Positions 47,026 to 56,407 of a stretch of DNA of 64,000 nucleotides are shown here, one piece after another. Under the pieces are notes generated by a model. The model did not search any database, had not been told where the DNA came from, and worked only from the letters and a program-made list of their open reading frames with translations. This DNA comes from Candidatus Limnocylindrales bacterium (GTDB lineage Bacteria; Patescibacteriota; Microgenomatia; Levybacterales; UBA12049): positions 11,292-75,291 of the forward strand of contig DATLDE010000018.1 in assembly GCA_035526025.1 (NCBI GenBank), in the 5' to 3' direction. Positions within the stretch are counted from its first letter, which is position 1, and each line of letters opens with the position of its first letter. A program made the position numbers and the translations under genes.

Positions 47026-48269
47026 GCTGATTCTTCAACAGGAATTATTTCTGCAACATCCACAAATACCTTGTCACCTTCTTTTTTCATAACACCTTTT
47101 ATGCGGGCAAAACCATCTATCACCTCTTTCCCAGAATAATATCCGAGAGTCGGCCCATTATCATCTGTAAGCGTGAGAACTAGCGTATTGTTGATTTTGT
47201 CTTCCGCTTGTTTTTTTACAAAAAATTCTTTGTCTACCTTCTCTTCGGGTGCATCAACCGGAACTACATTGGCATCTGCTTCTGTATTTTTATGCAGCAT
47301 TCTTGCAAAAAAATCTACTGCCTTTTGGCGTTTCCAAATAGCAAAAACTATGATTAATATCAGAAATAAGATTATAAATATCAACAAAACTATTTTACCG
47401 ATGCCATTTCCCTTAGGCTGTTCTTCCATCACTGTTTTTTCAGGAACTGGTGTACTTGTGGGTTTTTTTATTACTGAAGTAGGTTTTAAACTCGGTGTTG
47501 GGGCAAAAAATGAAGGGACAGGTTTTCCAAGGGATAGGAGTATCTTGAAACTCCCGAACATCAAATTATAATCGACTCCATCAATTTTTCCATCATCATC
47601 CAAATCAGTATTTCTAAAATCCCTACATGATGGACCTTCTGCTTTTGTGCCAAAACAACTTACCAACTCATTATAGTCATTTATGTCCATGACATTGTCT
47701 CCTTTTATATTTGGATAAATGTCCCCAATTAATACATCCCCCGCATCGATTTCTATTGGTGATGAGTACTTACCTCTTATTTCATATATTTTTCCACTGA
47801 TATCGGCCGAGTCTAATTTTATTAATTTGGAAAGTGACTGCTCGGCTTTGACTGCAATTTGGTATTTACCCTCTGGAACTTTATCACCCAAATCAATTGA
47901 TGAATTAACAAACTTTCCGTAAGTTGCGCTTTGAGCATCAGAATCAAAGGTCAGATTACTCTCAATTATCCTAAGTGGCTTTGTTGAAGCATCCTCAGCG
48001 TTAATCACTGAACTATATAGATATATACTAATTTTTCTAACAACATTTCGTGGAGTCTGGTTTCCGCTTTCTCCCCCAATCCCTGGAATTTTCAGCACAA
48101 CACTAATCAATTGACCTGACGGAGAGGGTACTGGAGCTTCAGATTCCGGACTTATCGTGACCTGAGGTATGCTAGGACTAGGCGATTGCGCAAAAACTTC
48201 TGAAATACTAAAAATCTTAAGAGGAAGAATAATCAGAATAAGTGTTATTACAATTTTCTTTAAATTCAT
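47022..48269 (-). CDS. type I membrane protein with extracellular dockerin-like Ca-binding module
   Basis: Signal peptide, TM near the C-terminus (IVLLIFIILFLILIIVFAIW). Dockerin-like DINDYNELV...DLDDDGKIDGVDYNLM. Confidence 0.5.
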   Translation of the reverse strand: MNLKKIVITLILIILPLKIFSISEVFAQSPSPSIPQVTISPESEAPVPSPSGQLISVVLKIPGIGGESGNQTPRNVVRKISIYLYSSVINAEDASTKPLRIIESNLTFDSDAQSATYGKFVNSSIDLGDKVPEGKYQIAVKAEQSLSKLIKLDSADISGKIYEIRGKYSSPIEIDAGDVLIGDIYPNIKGDNVMDINDYNELVSCFGTKAEGPSCRDFRNTDLDDDGKIDGVDYNLMFGSFKILLSLGKPVPSFFAPTPSLKPTSVIKKPTSTPVPEKTVMEEQPKGNGIGKIVLLIFIILFLILIIVFAIWKRQKAVDFFARMLHKNTEADANVVPVDAPEEKVDKEFFVKKQAEDKINNTLVLTLTDDNGPTLGYYSGKEVIDGFARIKGVMKKEGDKVFVDVAEIIPVEESA

Positions 48270-48305
48270 ACTTCATGATTTGTTGAAATTTCTCTTTTTA
48301 TCATC

Positions 48306-49505
48306 TCAATCTCCCTCAAGGCGCTTAAAAGAAGCTAAAAATATATTGTAGTCTATAACATTTGCTGCAGAATCATCATTAAAATCGATGAGATCAGCTG
48401 TTTCACATTTCTTATCTTGAAAACATGGGAGTGCGATATTAAAATCTTTTATATTGATAATGTTATCATTATTCAGATCTCCTTGAATTAAAGTAACTGC
48501 CGGCAAATTATTTATACTTTGATGATTGATGGTCTGGAATTCGGGCACTATCAGGGAGATTAATGTTCCAAGTATTGAAACTTTTACATAGTAAACTCCA
48601 TTTGCTAACTGACCAAGGTTTATAACGCCTTCAAACCCATCCTTTCCATTGTATTTTAGAAATCCACTCCCTGATAATATTTTTTTATTATCTAAATCAA
48701 ATATCCCCACATTTGATTGTCTGGTAAGATGCTTCGGCAATTTATTACCTGATATTCCAATTCCGGGAAGTTTTACGACTATTTTTATCTGGGTATTTGT
48801 TGGATTTAAAATTATACTTGGCGATGACGAAATAGTCGGTGTTACCGAAATTGTTGGAGATAATGTTGGGATAAGTGGTGTAAGGCCAGCAGTCGGGACC
48901 ACTCCATTTGTTGGCGAAACGGGAATCGATGAAGAAGATCCTAAGTCCAGTGTCCAGTAATTCCCTTTCAAAGCTATACCAGCCTCTTTATATGACGGAT
49001 TAAGCATATTTGCATTGTGGGGAGCTGAGTTTTTCCAGGCATCAAAGGCTGCTTGCGGATCAGAGCTATTTGGGAAGATATTTTCACCAAAATTAGTCCA
49101 TATATATCCACATTGTGTTAACCGGACGCCTGGCTCACGCCCTAACGAATCAGTATGATTAAATCGATTATTTGTAAACATGTCATTGCTCATCCATGCA
49201 GCTGCAAGTTTTAGACTTGAAGACCATGATAATGGAGCTAAACTATTTTGCTGTCTATGTGCGTTTATTAAGTTAAGAAGTGTTTGATCGCTTGCAGTCT
49301 GGGTAAGAAAAGCGGTATTTACTGTGCAATTTGTCGTCTGAGTCTGCGCTTGAGTAGGAAAAATGAATATTGAAAGCAAGAAAAATAAACCTACCAAACT
49401 TGTTATTCCTAGCTTCAGAAATATTATATTGATTGTTTTATTTTTTTTACGAAAAGACACATTACCTCCTACTAAAATAGTATACGTTTTGCGTAGGAGA
49501 ATCAA
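48306..49505 (-). CDS. secreted CAP/SCP/PR-1 domain protein with Pro/Thr linker and C-terminal dockerin-like module
   Basis: CAP motifs (LINAHRQQN..., APHNANML, GENIF). Dockerin-like DLNNDNIINIKDFNIAL...DLIDFNDDSAANVIDYNIF. Confidence 0.6.
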   Translation of the reverse strand: MILLRKTYTILVGGNVSFRKKNKTINIIFLKLGITSLVGLFFLLSIFIFPTQAQTQTTNCTVNTAFLTQTASDQTLLNLINAHRQQNSLAPLSWSSSLKLAAAWMSNDMFTNNRFNHTDSLGREPGVRLTQCGYIWTNFGENIFPNSSDPQAAFDAWKNSAPHNANMLNPSYKEAGIALKGNYWTLDLGSSSSIPVSPTNGVVPTAGLTPLIPTLSPTISVTPTISSSPSIILNPTNTQIKIVVKLPGIGISGNKLPKHLTRQSNVGIFDLDNKKILSGSGFLKYNGKDGFEGVINLGQLANGVYYVKVSILGTLISLIVPEFQTINHQSINNLPAVTLIQGDLNNDNIINIKDFNIALPCFQDKKCETADLIDFNDDSAANVIDYNIFLASFKRLEGD

Positions 49506-49590
49506 CCCTGGTCACATCAAGTCATAACTATTATAGTAGGCAGCATAAATTCAGCTGGGTTTTATGCAATCCAACTGAATTTATGTATTT

Positions 49591-50175
49591 TTAGACTTGA
49601 GCACTTGCATGATTGTCTACATGCTGTTGCTCTTTTGTTTCTATACTTTTAACTTGTTCGGCGCCATGTTCACGAAGGATTGCGCTTGCCTCCCGATGCT
49701 CACTAGATAAAGCAGGCACTGCTACCAAAATTGCACCACTTTTAACGCGGTCCTCATATACACGAGCGTCTTCTTCTGGAACTCCTATTCCAGTAAGTGC
49801 ACCTATAAGACCACCTGCAAGCGCTCCTGTGGCTGCACCTGAGACTGTTGCAGCAGTTGCGCCTGTTAGTCCGAGCGCTGCTGCTATTGGTCCACCGATT
49901 AGTAATGCACCTATTCCAGGAATTGCTATTGCTCCAAGTCCTATTAGAAGACCAGCTAGACCTCCAATTGCAGCCCCAGTGGCTGCGCCTGATACTGCAC
50001 CATCTGCAACACCTGCGCCTGTATTCTCATGTAATACCTGTGCGTCTTCTTTGTTTTGCATTACAATAGAAATATCTTTCGGATTGAATCCTGAGTCTTC
50101 AAGTTCGTTTATAGCTGATTCTGCGTTTTCGCGAGTCGCGAAAATTCCAAATACCATTTTTGACATATTATTCAC
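49591..50175 (-). CDS. YflT-like general stress protein with central Gly/Ala-rich glycine-zipper region
   Basis: N-terminal VFGIFATRENAESAINELEDSGFNPKDISIV and C-terminal EEDARVYEDRVKSGAILVAV. SD AAGGAGGTG upstream. Confidence 0.55.
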   Translation of the reverse strand: MNNMSKMVFGIFATRENAESAINELEDSGFNPKDISIVMQNKEDAQVLHENTGAGVADGAVSGAATGAAIGGLAGLLIGLGAIAIPGIGALLIGGPIAAALGLTGATAATVSGAATGALAGGLIGALTGIGVPEEDARVYEDRVKSGAILVAVPALSSEHREASAILREHGAEQVKSIETKEQQHVDNHASAQV

Positions 50176-50300
50176 CTCCTTTCATTAGAAACTCTTAACG
50201 AGCGTCACGAGTTCTAGGGTTTCAGTGCCCGCCAATTAAGCCCTCCCCGCCAATCGCTTACGCTCAAGGCGTATGCAGGCGGGGCTCTTTACGTCTTGTA
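50176..50300 (-). promoter_or_regulatory. GC-rich structured 5' leader / candidate cis-regulatory RNA upstream of the stress-protein gene
   Basis: Hairpin GCCCCGCC...GGCGGGG with internal near-palindrome GCGTAAGC/GCTTACGC and a second GGCCAATTAA repeat, in an otherwise AT-rich intergenic region. Confidence 0.25.
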
Positions 50301-50463
50301 CGAACAGTATTGAAAGACTTAAAGCAAGCTTAGGTGGGCCAATTAATATTATGCAGTAACTATATTGTTTTGGAATGAAAAAAAGGTAAATCTTCTGTAA
50401 ACGAAGTGTAATAAAACAGATTGTCAAACTTAGCTATTTTGGCATTGTGCGAGGAAAATGTTC

Positions 50464-51591
50464 TTATATAATCAAACTTTTATAAATGCGTGTTTTAATC
50501 TCTTCAATACCCTCTTCGTTTTCAACTGATATAAAAATAGGTGAGAAATCCTGATAGTTTTCGTAAAGTTCTTGTTTATTTATATTTTCTTTGAGATCAA
50601 TCTTATTAAAAATATAGATAACATTCCCTGTATTTCTTCCCAATTCTTTTAAAATATCATCAACTACTTTTATTTTTAGATTTACTTCAGGATCAGAAAC
50701 ATCGATTACGTGTAGGAGCACATCTGCATGAATTGACTCCATCAGAGTTGACTTGAAAGCACTGACAAGTAATGGTGGTAAGTCTCTTATAAAACCAATC
50801 GTATCTGTAACCAACACTTCTGAGTGCAAATCCTGAATGTATATTTTCCCGACACTGCTATCAAGCGTTGCAAATAATTCATCTTTTGAAATATGTTTTT
50901 TTCCAGTTAGCAGATTGAATAGAGAACTTTTACCAGCATTTGTGTACCCGACAATAGATACTGTTTTAAATCCGATTCTCTTGCGCCTATCAAATTGCTG
51001 GCCACGTGCATTGCCGATTTTTTCTAATTGATCAGTTATTTTTTTTCTTGCATCTCGCCAGTGACGCTTCATCAGCTCTGTATTGGTCTCCCCAGCACCA
51101 AGCGAACCTATTCCTCCTCCTTGGCGGGACAATACATATCCCATTCCATAAATCCTAGGCCCCATATAGCTCATGCGCGCGAGTTCAATTTGCAATTTTG
51201 CTTCCTGAGTCATTGCGCGTTTGTCGAAGATATGTAAGATAAGATCGACCCTATCCCATACTTCGATTTCAGATTTAATCTTCTGCAACTGCGTCTTAAG
51301 TGCGTGGACTTGTCGGGGCTTTACCATTGCATTGAGAACTACAACATCAATGTTCTCACTTTGGATCACTTCTGCAATCTCATCAATCTTTCCACGCCCT
51401 ACATATGTTGCATTATTTGGCTTATCAAGCTTTTGGATAATACGTGTCGGAATAATAGCCCCAACTGTTGCGATAAGTGACTCCAGCTCTTCACCGATAT
51501 TTATAGCTTTTTCAGATTCAAGTCGGGGATTTATCAAATGAACGGGTAGTATACGAAGTGTATGTTTCAAATCCAACATGTATGAGCCCAT
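50464..51591 (-). CDS. hflX: GTPase HflX
   Basis: HflX N-domain plus G1 GYTNAGKSS, G3 DTIGF, G4 NKID. Confidence 0.9.
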   Translation of the reverse strand: MGSYMLDLKHTLRILPVHLINPRLESEKAINIGEELESLIATVGAIIPTRIIQKLDKPNNATYVGRGKIDEIAEVIQSENIDVVVLNAMVKPRQVHALKTQLQKIKSEIEVWDRVDLILHIFDKRAMTQEAKLQIELARMSYMGPRIYGMGYVLSRQGGGIGSLGAGETNTELMKRHWRDARKKITDQLEKIGNARGQQFDRRKRIGFKTVSIVGYTNAGKSSLFNLLTGKKHISKDELFATLDSSVGKIYIQDLHSEVLVTDTIGFIRDLPPLLVSAFKSTLMESIHADVLLHVIDVSDPEVNLKIKVVDDILKELGRNTGNVIYIFNKIDLKENINKQELYENYQDFSPIFISVENEEGIEEIKTRIYKSLII

Positions 51592-51638
51592 TATACCCTA
51601 CGGGTTTGAATCTTGCTTGCACTGAGCTTGCCGAAGTG

Positions 51639-51710
51639 TGATCCGGGCGGGATTCGAACCCGCGACCAAGAGCTTAAAAGGCTCCTGCTCTACCGCTGAG
51701 CTACCGGACC
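51639..51710 (-). tRNA. tRNA-Lys (anticodon TTT)
   Basis: Anticodon loop CTTTTAA, T-arm GCGGG-TTCGAAT-CCCGC. Confidence 0.85.
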
Positions 51711-51904
51711 GATTGTTTTACAAAATCTAAAATTTAATTCTCTGAACAAAAAAAGAACTCCCATTCGTTCTTAGTTCAAAATTTCTTATTTAATGTATGC
51801 CAGAATGGCATATTAGCATTATATCAACCAACATAACCATTGACAAGCGAAATGACAAAGGAATAAACTATTTATAGTTTAGGCCAGGGGGAGGTGATAT
51901 ACAT

Positions 51905-52570
51905 ATGATGGAATCTAACATCACAGACACTTTTCTTAACTCGCTGAATAAAGGCATCTTCAGCGCCGCAGCATTTTTTCCCAACTTCTTAATAGGTATT
52001 GTCATTTTCCTAATTGGAATTATTATTTCCTCAATTGTTAAACGTATAATAATTGAAGTACTTAACATATTAAAAGTTGAGTCATATCTAAAGCGTTACG
52101 GAGTACCGGAAGCGAAAAAAGATTTTACCTGGACCAATATTCTGGCTGAGATTGCAAGATGGTTTGTAATTATTCTATTCCTTATTCCTACAGCCGACAT
52201 ATGGGGACTTCCCCAAGTGACTGTAGTTCTTAATACATTCCTTTTGTATTTGCCAAATGTTTTTGCTGCTGCAATTATGGGGCTTGTGGGCCTGGTGTTT
52301 GCCAGACTTGCATCTGATTTGGTTCGCGCATCAACGACAACTTTATCAAATGATGCTTCACGAACGATAGCATCCGTTACCAGAGTTGCAATTACGGTAT
52401 TCGTGCTACTTGCAGTTCTAAATCAATTAGGCGTTGCACAGGATTTGGTTAGGATACTATTTACTGGAGTAGTCGCGATGATTGCATTAGCGGGCGGCAT
52501 TGCATTTGGCCTGGGTGGTCAAAATGCAGCACGGGAATTGCTTGATACAGCCAAGAAAAAATTGAAATAG
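51905..52570 (+). CDS. membrane protein with two conserved-TM-helix repeats (MscS N-terminal-like, PF05552-type)
   Basis: Repeated xxPNxxxxxxxxLxGxxxx pattern (FFPNFLIGIVIFLIGII and YLPNVFAAAIMGLVGLV). Confidence 0.4.
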   Translation: MMESNITDTFLNSLNKGIFSAAAFFPNFLIGIVIFLIGIIISSIVKRIIIEVLNILKVESYLKRYGVPEAKKDFTWTNILAEIARWFVIILFLIPTADIWGLPQVTVVLNTFLLYLPNVFAAAIMGLVGLVFARLASDLVRASTTTLSNDASRTIASVTRVAITVFVLLAVLNQLGVAQDLVRILFTGVVAMIALAGGIAFGLGGQNAARELLDTAKKKLK

Positions 52571-52573
52571 AAC

Positions 52574-53491
52574 TCAATCTTGCAGAAATTTATCAATAAG
52601 CTTTGTTACATTATCAGCTTTTTCAAATAACACGGCATGTCCTGCCTCTGGTATTAAGAAAAGTTCGGATTTTGGAATAAGTGATGCGACATATTTCGCA
52701 TTGTCTGGAAGAATAAGTTTGTCATTTTCACCTGAGATTAATAAGGTAGGTATCTGTATCATGGGGAGATTTGAAGTTCTTAAATTTTCTTCTTTTTCAT
52801 TATCAAATGCCTGCTCATGAGCAATTTTGGCGTTTATGTCTTCTTGGGGACCTCTTGATATTTCACCTGATACTTGAGCGACACGCATACGAAATAGATA
52901 CATATTCTTTGCAGTTTTGGAATAAAATAATTGTGGAACAAATGCTTCTTCCCACTTATCATTAAGTTTCTGCTGGACATCTTCACCAACATTTTCATTA
53001 TTTTCCCTGATCTGCTTATTTCCAGGTGCTGTGCTTATCAAAATCAAACGATTGACTCTTTCCGGATACTTTTCAGCAAGCAATTGCCCGACAAAACTTC
53101 CAATTGACCAACCTAAAACATTTGCTTTTTTTATTTCCAGAGCATCCATCAGTTTTATAACATCATCAGTCATTTGTTGTGAAGTGTTTTGAGCATTTCC
53201 TGAAGAACTTCCAACTCCTTTATAGTCAAACATGATCAATTTATTTTTTTTTGAGAGTTTGTCGAGCAATAATGGATCCCAATGCTGCATAGTCATTCCA
53301 AACCCAGGAAGCATAATCAATGGATATCCTTCACCCTTAATATAATAAGCTATTTCCGCATTAGAAATGCTGACAGACCTTACATCTGCTCTGAAGGAGA
53401 AAAAGAATAGCTTCAATAGAAATATTATTATGATAAACCCAACAAAAGTGGCAAAATAAATATAAAGATTTTTTTTATTTTTATACATCAC
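52574..53491 (-). CDS. alpha/beta hydrolase
   Basis: N-terminal TM. Nucleophile elbow GWSIGS (GxSxG), HG-like region, C-terminal Asp/His. Confidence 0.8.
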   Translation of the reverse strand: MMYKNKKNLYIYFATFVGFIIIIFLLKLFFFSFRADVRSVSISNAEIAYYIKGEGYPLIMLPGFGMTMQHWDPLLLDKLSKKNKLIMFDYKGVGSSSGNAQNTSQQMTDDVIKLMDALEIKKANVLGWSIGSFVGQLLAEKYPERVNRLILISTAPGNKQIRENNENVGEDVQQKLNDKWEEAFVPQLFYSKTAKNMYLFRMRVAQVSGEISRGPQEDINAKIAHEQAFDNEKEENLRTSNLPMIQIPTLLISGENDKLILPDNAKYVASLIPKSELFLIPEAGHAVLFEKADNVTKLIDKFLQD

Positions 53492-53560
53492 TATTGATTA
53501 TATCACTGATAATACTGACAAATGTGGATACATTTGATACAATTAACATTGTTGTGTACA

Positions 53561-53634
53561 GGCCCCATCGTCTAGCGGCCTAGGACGTCGGGCTTTCATC
53601 CCGAAAATCACGGGTTCGATTCCCGTTGGGGTCA
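53561..53634 (+). tRNA. tRNA-Glu (anticodon TTC)
   Basis: Anticodon stem TCGGG/CCCGA with loop CTTTCAT, T-arm ACGGG-TTCGATT-CCCGT. Confidence 0.85.
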
Positions 53635-53670
53635 CACAAAAACATTATATGTTAATCACAGGGGAAAGTT

Positions 53671-54369
53671 TCATGCAGCCTCATGCTGTTCTGAATCAAT
53701 TATTTCTTCGTCATCTGATATTTTTCTAAATTTATTAGAATAAATAACTTTTCCTTCGACAATAGGAGTTTCATGCGGTGCTTTATCCCTTTCAGTTTCT
53801 GCTGTATCAAATATCACATTCTCCCCTCTAATCTCTTGTGTCATTTTTCTTTCGGTGCCATCTGATGACTTAACGTAAATATCCACAACTTTTTTGTGGC
53901 CGAGCTCCTTATCTGTATCTGCTTCCTGCATTATTCTTTTAACTGTGTGGCCATCAATTATTCTTTCTTCCTCAAGTCTTACTGCAACTGCATTTACGCT
54001 GTGTGTCTGACCACTTAACATGCTTTTTGCGGCGCTTGCTGCAGCATCTGAATTACCAGTGAAATATTCAACCTTACTAACATCACTCCACGTTCCAGAG
54101 CTTCCATGTGCATGAGGTGCCATCGCTGCTGCTGCGTCAAATCTACTAAGCCTCGTCACTCCAAGAGCATTACCACTTTTAATTATTGAAACATCGATGA
54201 CATCTGTTCCACCAAGGATTGCTGTTACTGCATGCTGTGCTTCATGAACTGCTGTACTGTTAGTTGAGGTCTTTTGTTGATGCGTTGAAACTGTTACCAC
54301 ATAGTAGCGGGCACCATTCTCCGTGTATGTTGTTTTATTTATAGGAATTGATATCTCTTTTCCTCCCAT
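53671..54369 (-). CDS. hypothetical protein with HExxH motif (possible zinc metallopeptidase)
   Basis: VHEAQHAV (HExxH). No other motif recognised. Confidence 0.35.
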   Translation of the reverse strand: MGGKEISIPINKTTYTENGARYYVVTVSTHQQKTSTNSTAVHEAQHAVTAILGGTDVIDVSIIKSGNALGVTRLSRFDAAAAMAPHAHGSSGTWSDVSKVEYFTGNSDAAASAAKSMLSGQTHSVNAVAVRLEEERIIDGHTVKRIMQEADTDKELGHKKVVDIYVKSSDGTERKMTQEIRGENVIFDTAETERDKAPHETPIVEGKVIYSNKFRKISDDEEIIDSEQHEAA

Positions 54370-54425
54370 AACACCTGCATTATGATCTTATTTCGGGATT
54401 ATTTCAAGGAGAATTAGAATGCGGC

Positions 54426-54887
54426 CTAGACTTGTTTTGAGTAGTGCTTTGTTGAGGATGGGAAAATTCGCTCAAAAAAGGATGGCTTGTGTGTTACCTC
54501 ATGATACTCAGTATCAGAATGATTATTGTGATCAATATTAGAGTGCTTATTTTCTACAACAACTTCACGATTTTCTTTATTATGTCTAAGGCTTGCGTTT
54601 TCCACTTCTAGTTTTTTTATCCTATCCTCCATTTGAGCAATTGACTTTCTATCATCTTTTATAACGCTGTCTTTTCTTCTTATATTCATGAAATGCGACA
54701 TTCCCTCTATCGCACTTATGAACCATGCCATTAATATACCAACTAGCAATGAAACAATCACAACCAAATACACTGGCGTGTTTGGGAGGAAAAAATTGCC
54801 TAATACAATTGGAACACCTGCTGCGTTTTGAAAAGCGAAGAATGTAATACTTAGGCCAAACAATATGGCGACAATCAAACTGAACAT
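54426..54887 (-). CDS. LapA/DUF1049-like membrane protein with coiled-coil tail
   Basis: Two N-terminal TMs followed by a coiled coil (IAQMEDRIKKLEVENASLRHNK). Confidence 0.5.
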   Translation of the reverse strand: MFSLIVAILFGLSITFFAFQNAAGVPIVLGNFFLPNTPVYLVVIVSLLVGILMAWFISAIEGMSHFMNIRRKDSVIKDDRKSIAQMEDRIKKLEVENASLRHNKENREVVVENKHSNIDHNNHSDTEYHEVTHKPSFFERIFPSSTKHYSKQV

Positions 54888-54955
54888 GAAATAATCATAC
54901 CTGCTTTTAAACTGAATTGGGTTAAAAACATGTAAGGGATATGCAAGAGGACTGA

Positions 54956-56002
54956 CTATTTAGCTGTTGCGCTACCAATAGTCACGATAACATCAGAACT
55001 TCCACTAGCTACTTTGTTAACAGTACCTACAGTATATGTTCTTGAAAGAACCTCATTCAATTTATCCAGATAATCTTTGCTTACCTTATCCGATGCTGAT
55101 ATTTGTGTTTTTTCAAAGTCATTTGTTTTCGCGTTTCCGACAGAACTTACTTTAAAACCTTCTGCCGTTAACTGCTCGCGTGCTTTGGCTGCAACTCCTG
55201 AAGTACTTGTCCCATTCAGCACTTGAATACTATAAAGCGCCAAATCTACAGGTTTTTTTGTCGGCTCCATTACAACAGGTGCGTCAGTAACTTCTGCTAC
55301 TGGTTTTTTAGAGGATGGAAATAGGACTGCCTTATTGGTAACTGCATAATAGACTCCCGCAAAAAATACCAACCCTACTATAAATGTGATAATTAAAACT
55401 CTTATGAAATAAGGAAACATGCTTTTTTTCTTATCATAATCATCAGGTGGTGCATTAAAAAAATCTTTTTTATCTTCAACCGGCTGCTCTTCAGCAATTT
55501 CATCTTTTTCTGAAGTTAGTTCTTCAACTTCATCATTTTCTTCAACAGATTCAGCTTCGCTCTGAGAAACCCCATCCCCTACTACTTCGCTTACTTCAGC
55601 TGACTCATCTGATTGCGCGTCTTTTGTTTCACTCGTTTTTACCTCTTCGGCTTCATCTGCACTTTCTTGTGGTTCATCATTAATAACTGACTTATCTTCT
55701 AGTTCCTCAGGAGGTGAATCATCTGAAATTTCTTTTATATCTATAGTCTGAGTGGTTGATGTGATGTGTGCTTCCAAACCATGTGTTGTATGTTTTGAAT
55801 CACTTGCTGGCTGATTTGAATCTTTCTCAGTAGAGATATCTTTCTCCGAAGATGCAACAGATTCCTCTTCATCAGTTGGTTTTACTTCATCATGAGATAC
55901 ATGTTGTGTTTTGTGTTCTTCTTTACCAGTTGAGCCAAATCTTACGGGTTTTGCACGCTTTTTTGTCTGCATATATTTCCTCTCGTTATAATTTAAGAAC
56001 AA
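54956..56002 (-). CDS. membrane-anchored protein with acidic disordered N-region and C-terminal LytR_C domain
   Basis: LYSIQVLNGTSTSGVAAKAREQLTAEGFKVSSVGNA pattern after a single TM. Confidence 0.55.
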   Translation of the reverse strand: MFLNYNERKYMQTKKRAKPVRFGSTGKEEHKTQHVSHDEVKPTDEEESVASSEKDISTEKDSNQPASDSKHTTHGLEAHITSTTQTIDIKEISDDSPPEELEDKSVINDEPQESADEAEEVKTSETKDAQSDESAEVSEVVGDGVSQSEAESVEENDEVEELTSEKDEIAEEQPVEDKKDFFNAPPDDYDKKKSMFPYFIRVLIITFIVGLVFFAGVYYAVTNKAVLFPSSKKPVAEVTDAPVVMEPTKKPVDLALYSIQVLNGTSTSGVAAKAREQLTAEGFKVSSVGNAKTNDFEKTQISASDKVSKDYLDKLNEVLSRTYTVGTVNKVASGSSDVIVTIGSATAK

Positions 56003-56041
56003 TTGAATACATTTGTCAATCGATTATATCTCTAGTAGTAT

Positions 56042-56407
56042 ATGTATATGGATCAAATTCACTATGGAGGCGCAATATGGACAAATCATGCTCTCTCAAG
56101 GCTCGATGAACGCGGATTGTCACAGGCTATTGCGTCACTTGCTTTTAATAACCCCGAAAGGACTTCGTCAGGTCGGGAATCAGGAACCAAACAGTATCAA
56201 AGAAGGTTTGGAAAGTCATTGGTTACTGTGGTTGCCAAACAAAACGAAAGGTCTGAATGGCTTATCATCTCCTGCTGGGTGGACCCACCAATATCAGGAA
56301 GTGTTGATTACAAAAAAAGACAAGCGTATCATAAATTTCAGAAAGCTTCTTTTTGGGGGAAAATTTGGATTACTTTAAAAAACCAGCTTGGATTAGGCAA
56401 TTTCTAG
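56042..56407 (+). CDS. DUF4258-like small protein
   Basis: IWTNHALSRLDERGLSQAIASLAF...SLVTVVAKQNERSEWLIISCWV fits the HA..R..ERG pattern of DUF4258. The overlapping ORF 56013-56378 in another frame looks non-coding. Confidence 0.4.
   Translation: MYMDQIHYGGAIWTNHALSRLDERGLSQAIASLAFNNPERTSSGRESGTKQYQRRFGKSLVTVVAKQNERSEWLIISCWVDPPISGSVDYKKRQAYHKFQKASFWGKIWITLKNQLGLGNF

Noticed and set aside
49613-50188. 191 aa plus-strand ORF (Pro/Ala/Ser-rich) and 49848-50069 ORF
   Set aside because: They mirror the Gly/Ala-rich YflT-like gene on the minus strand. The minus-strand frame has the conserved N- and C-terminal YflT motifs and a strong SD.
56013-56378. 121 aa ORF overlapping the DUF4258-like gene in another frame
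   Set aside because: Its composition is non-protein-like (Leu/Trp-rich with no motif). The alternative frame has a recognisable family pattern, so only one was kept.
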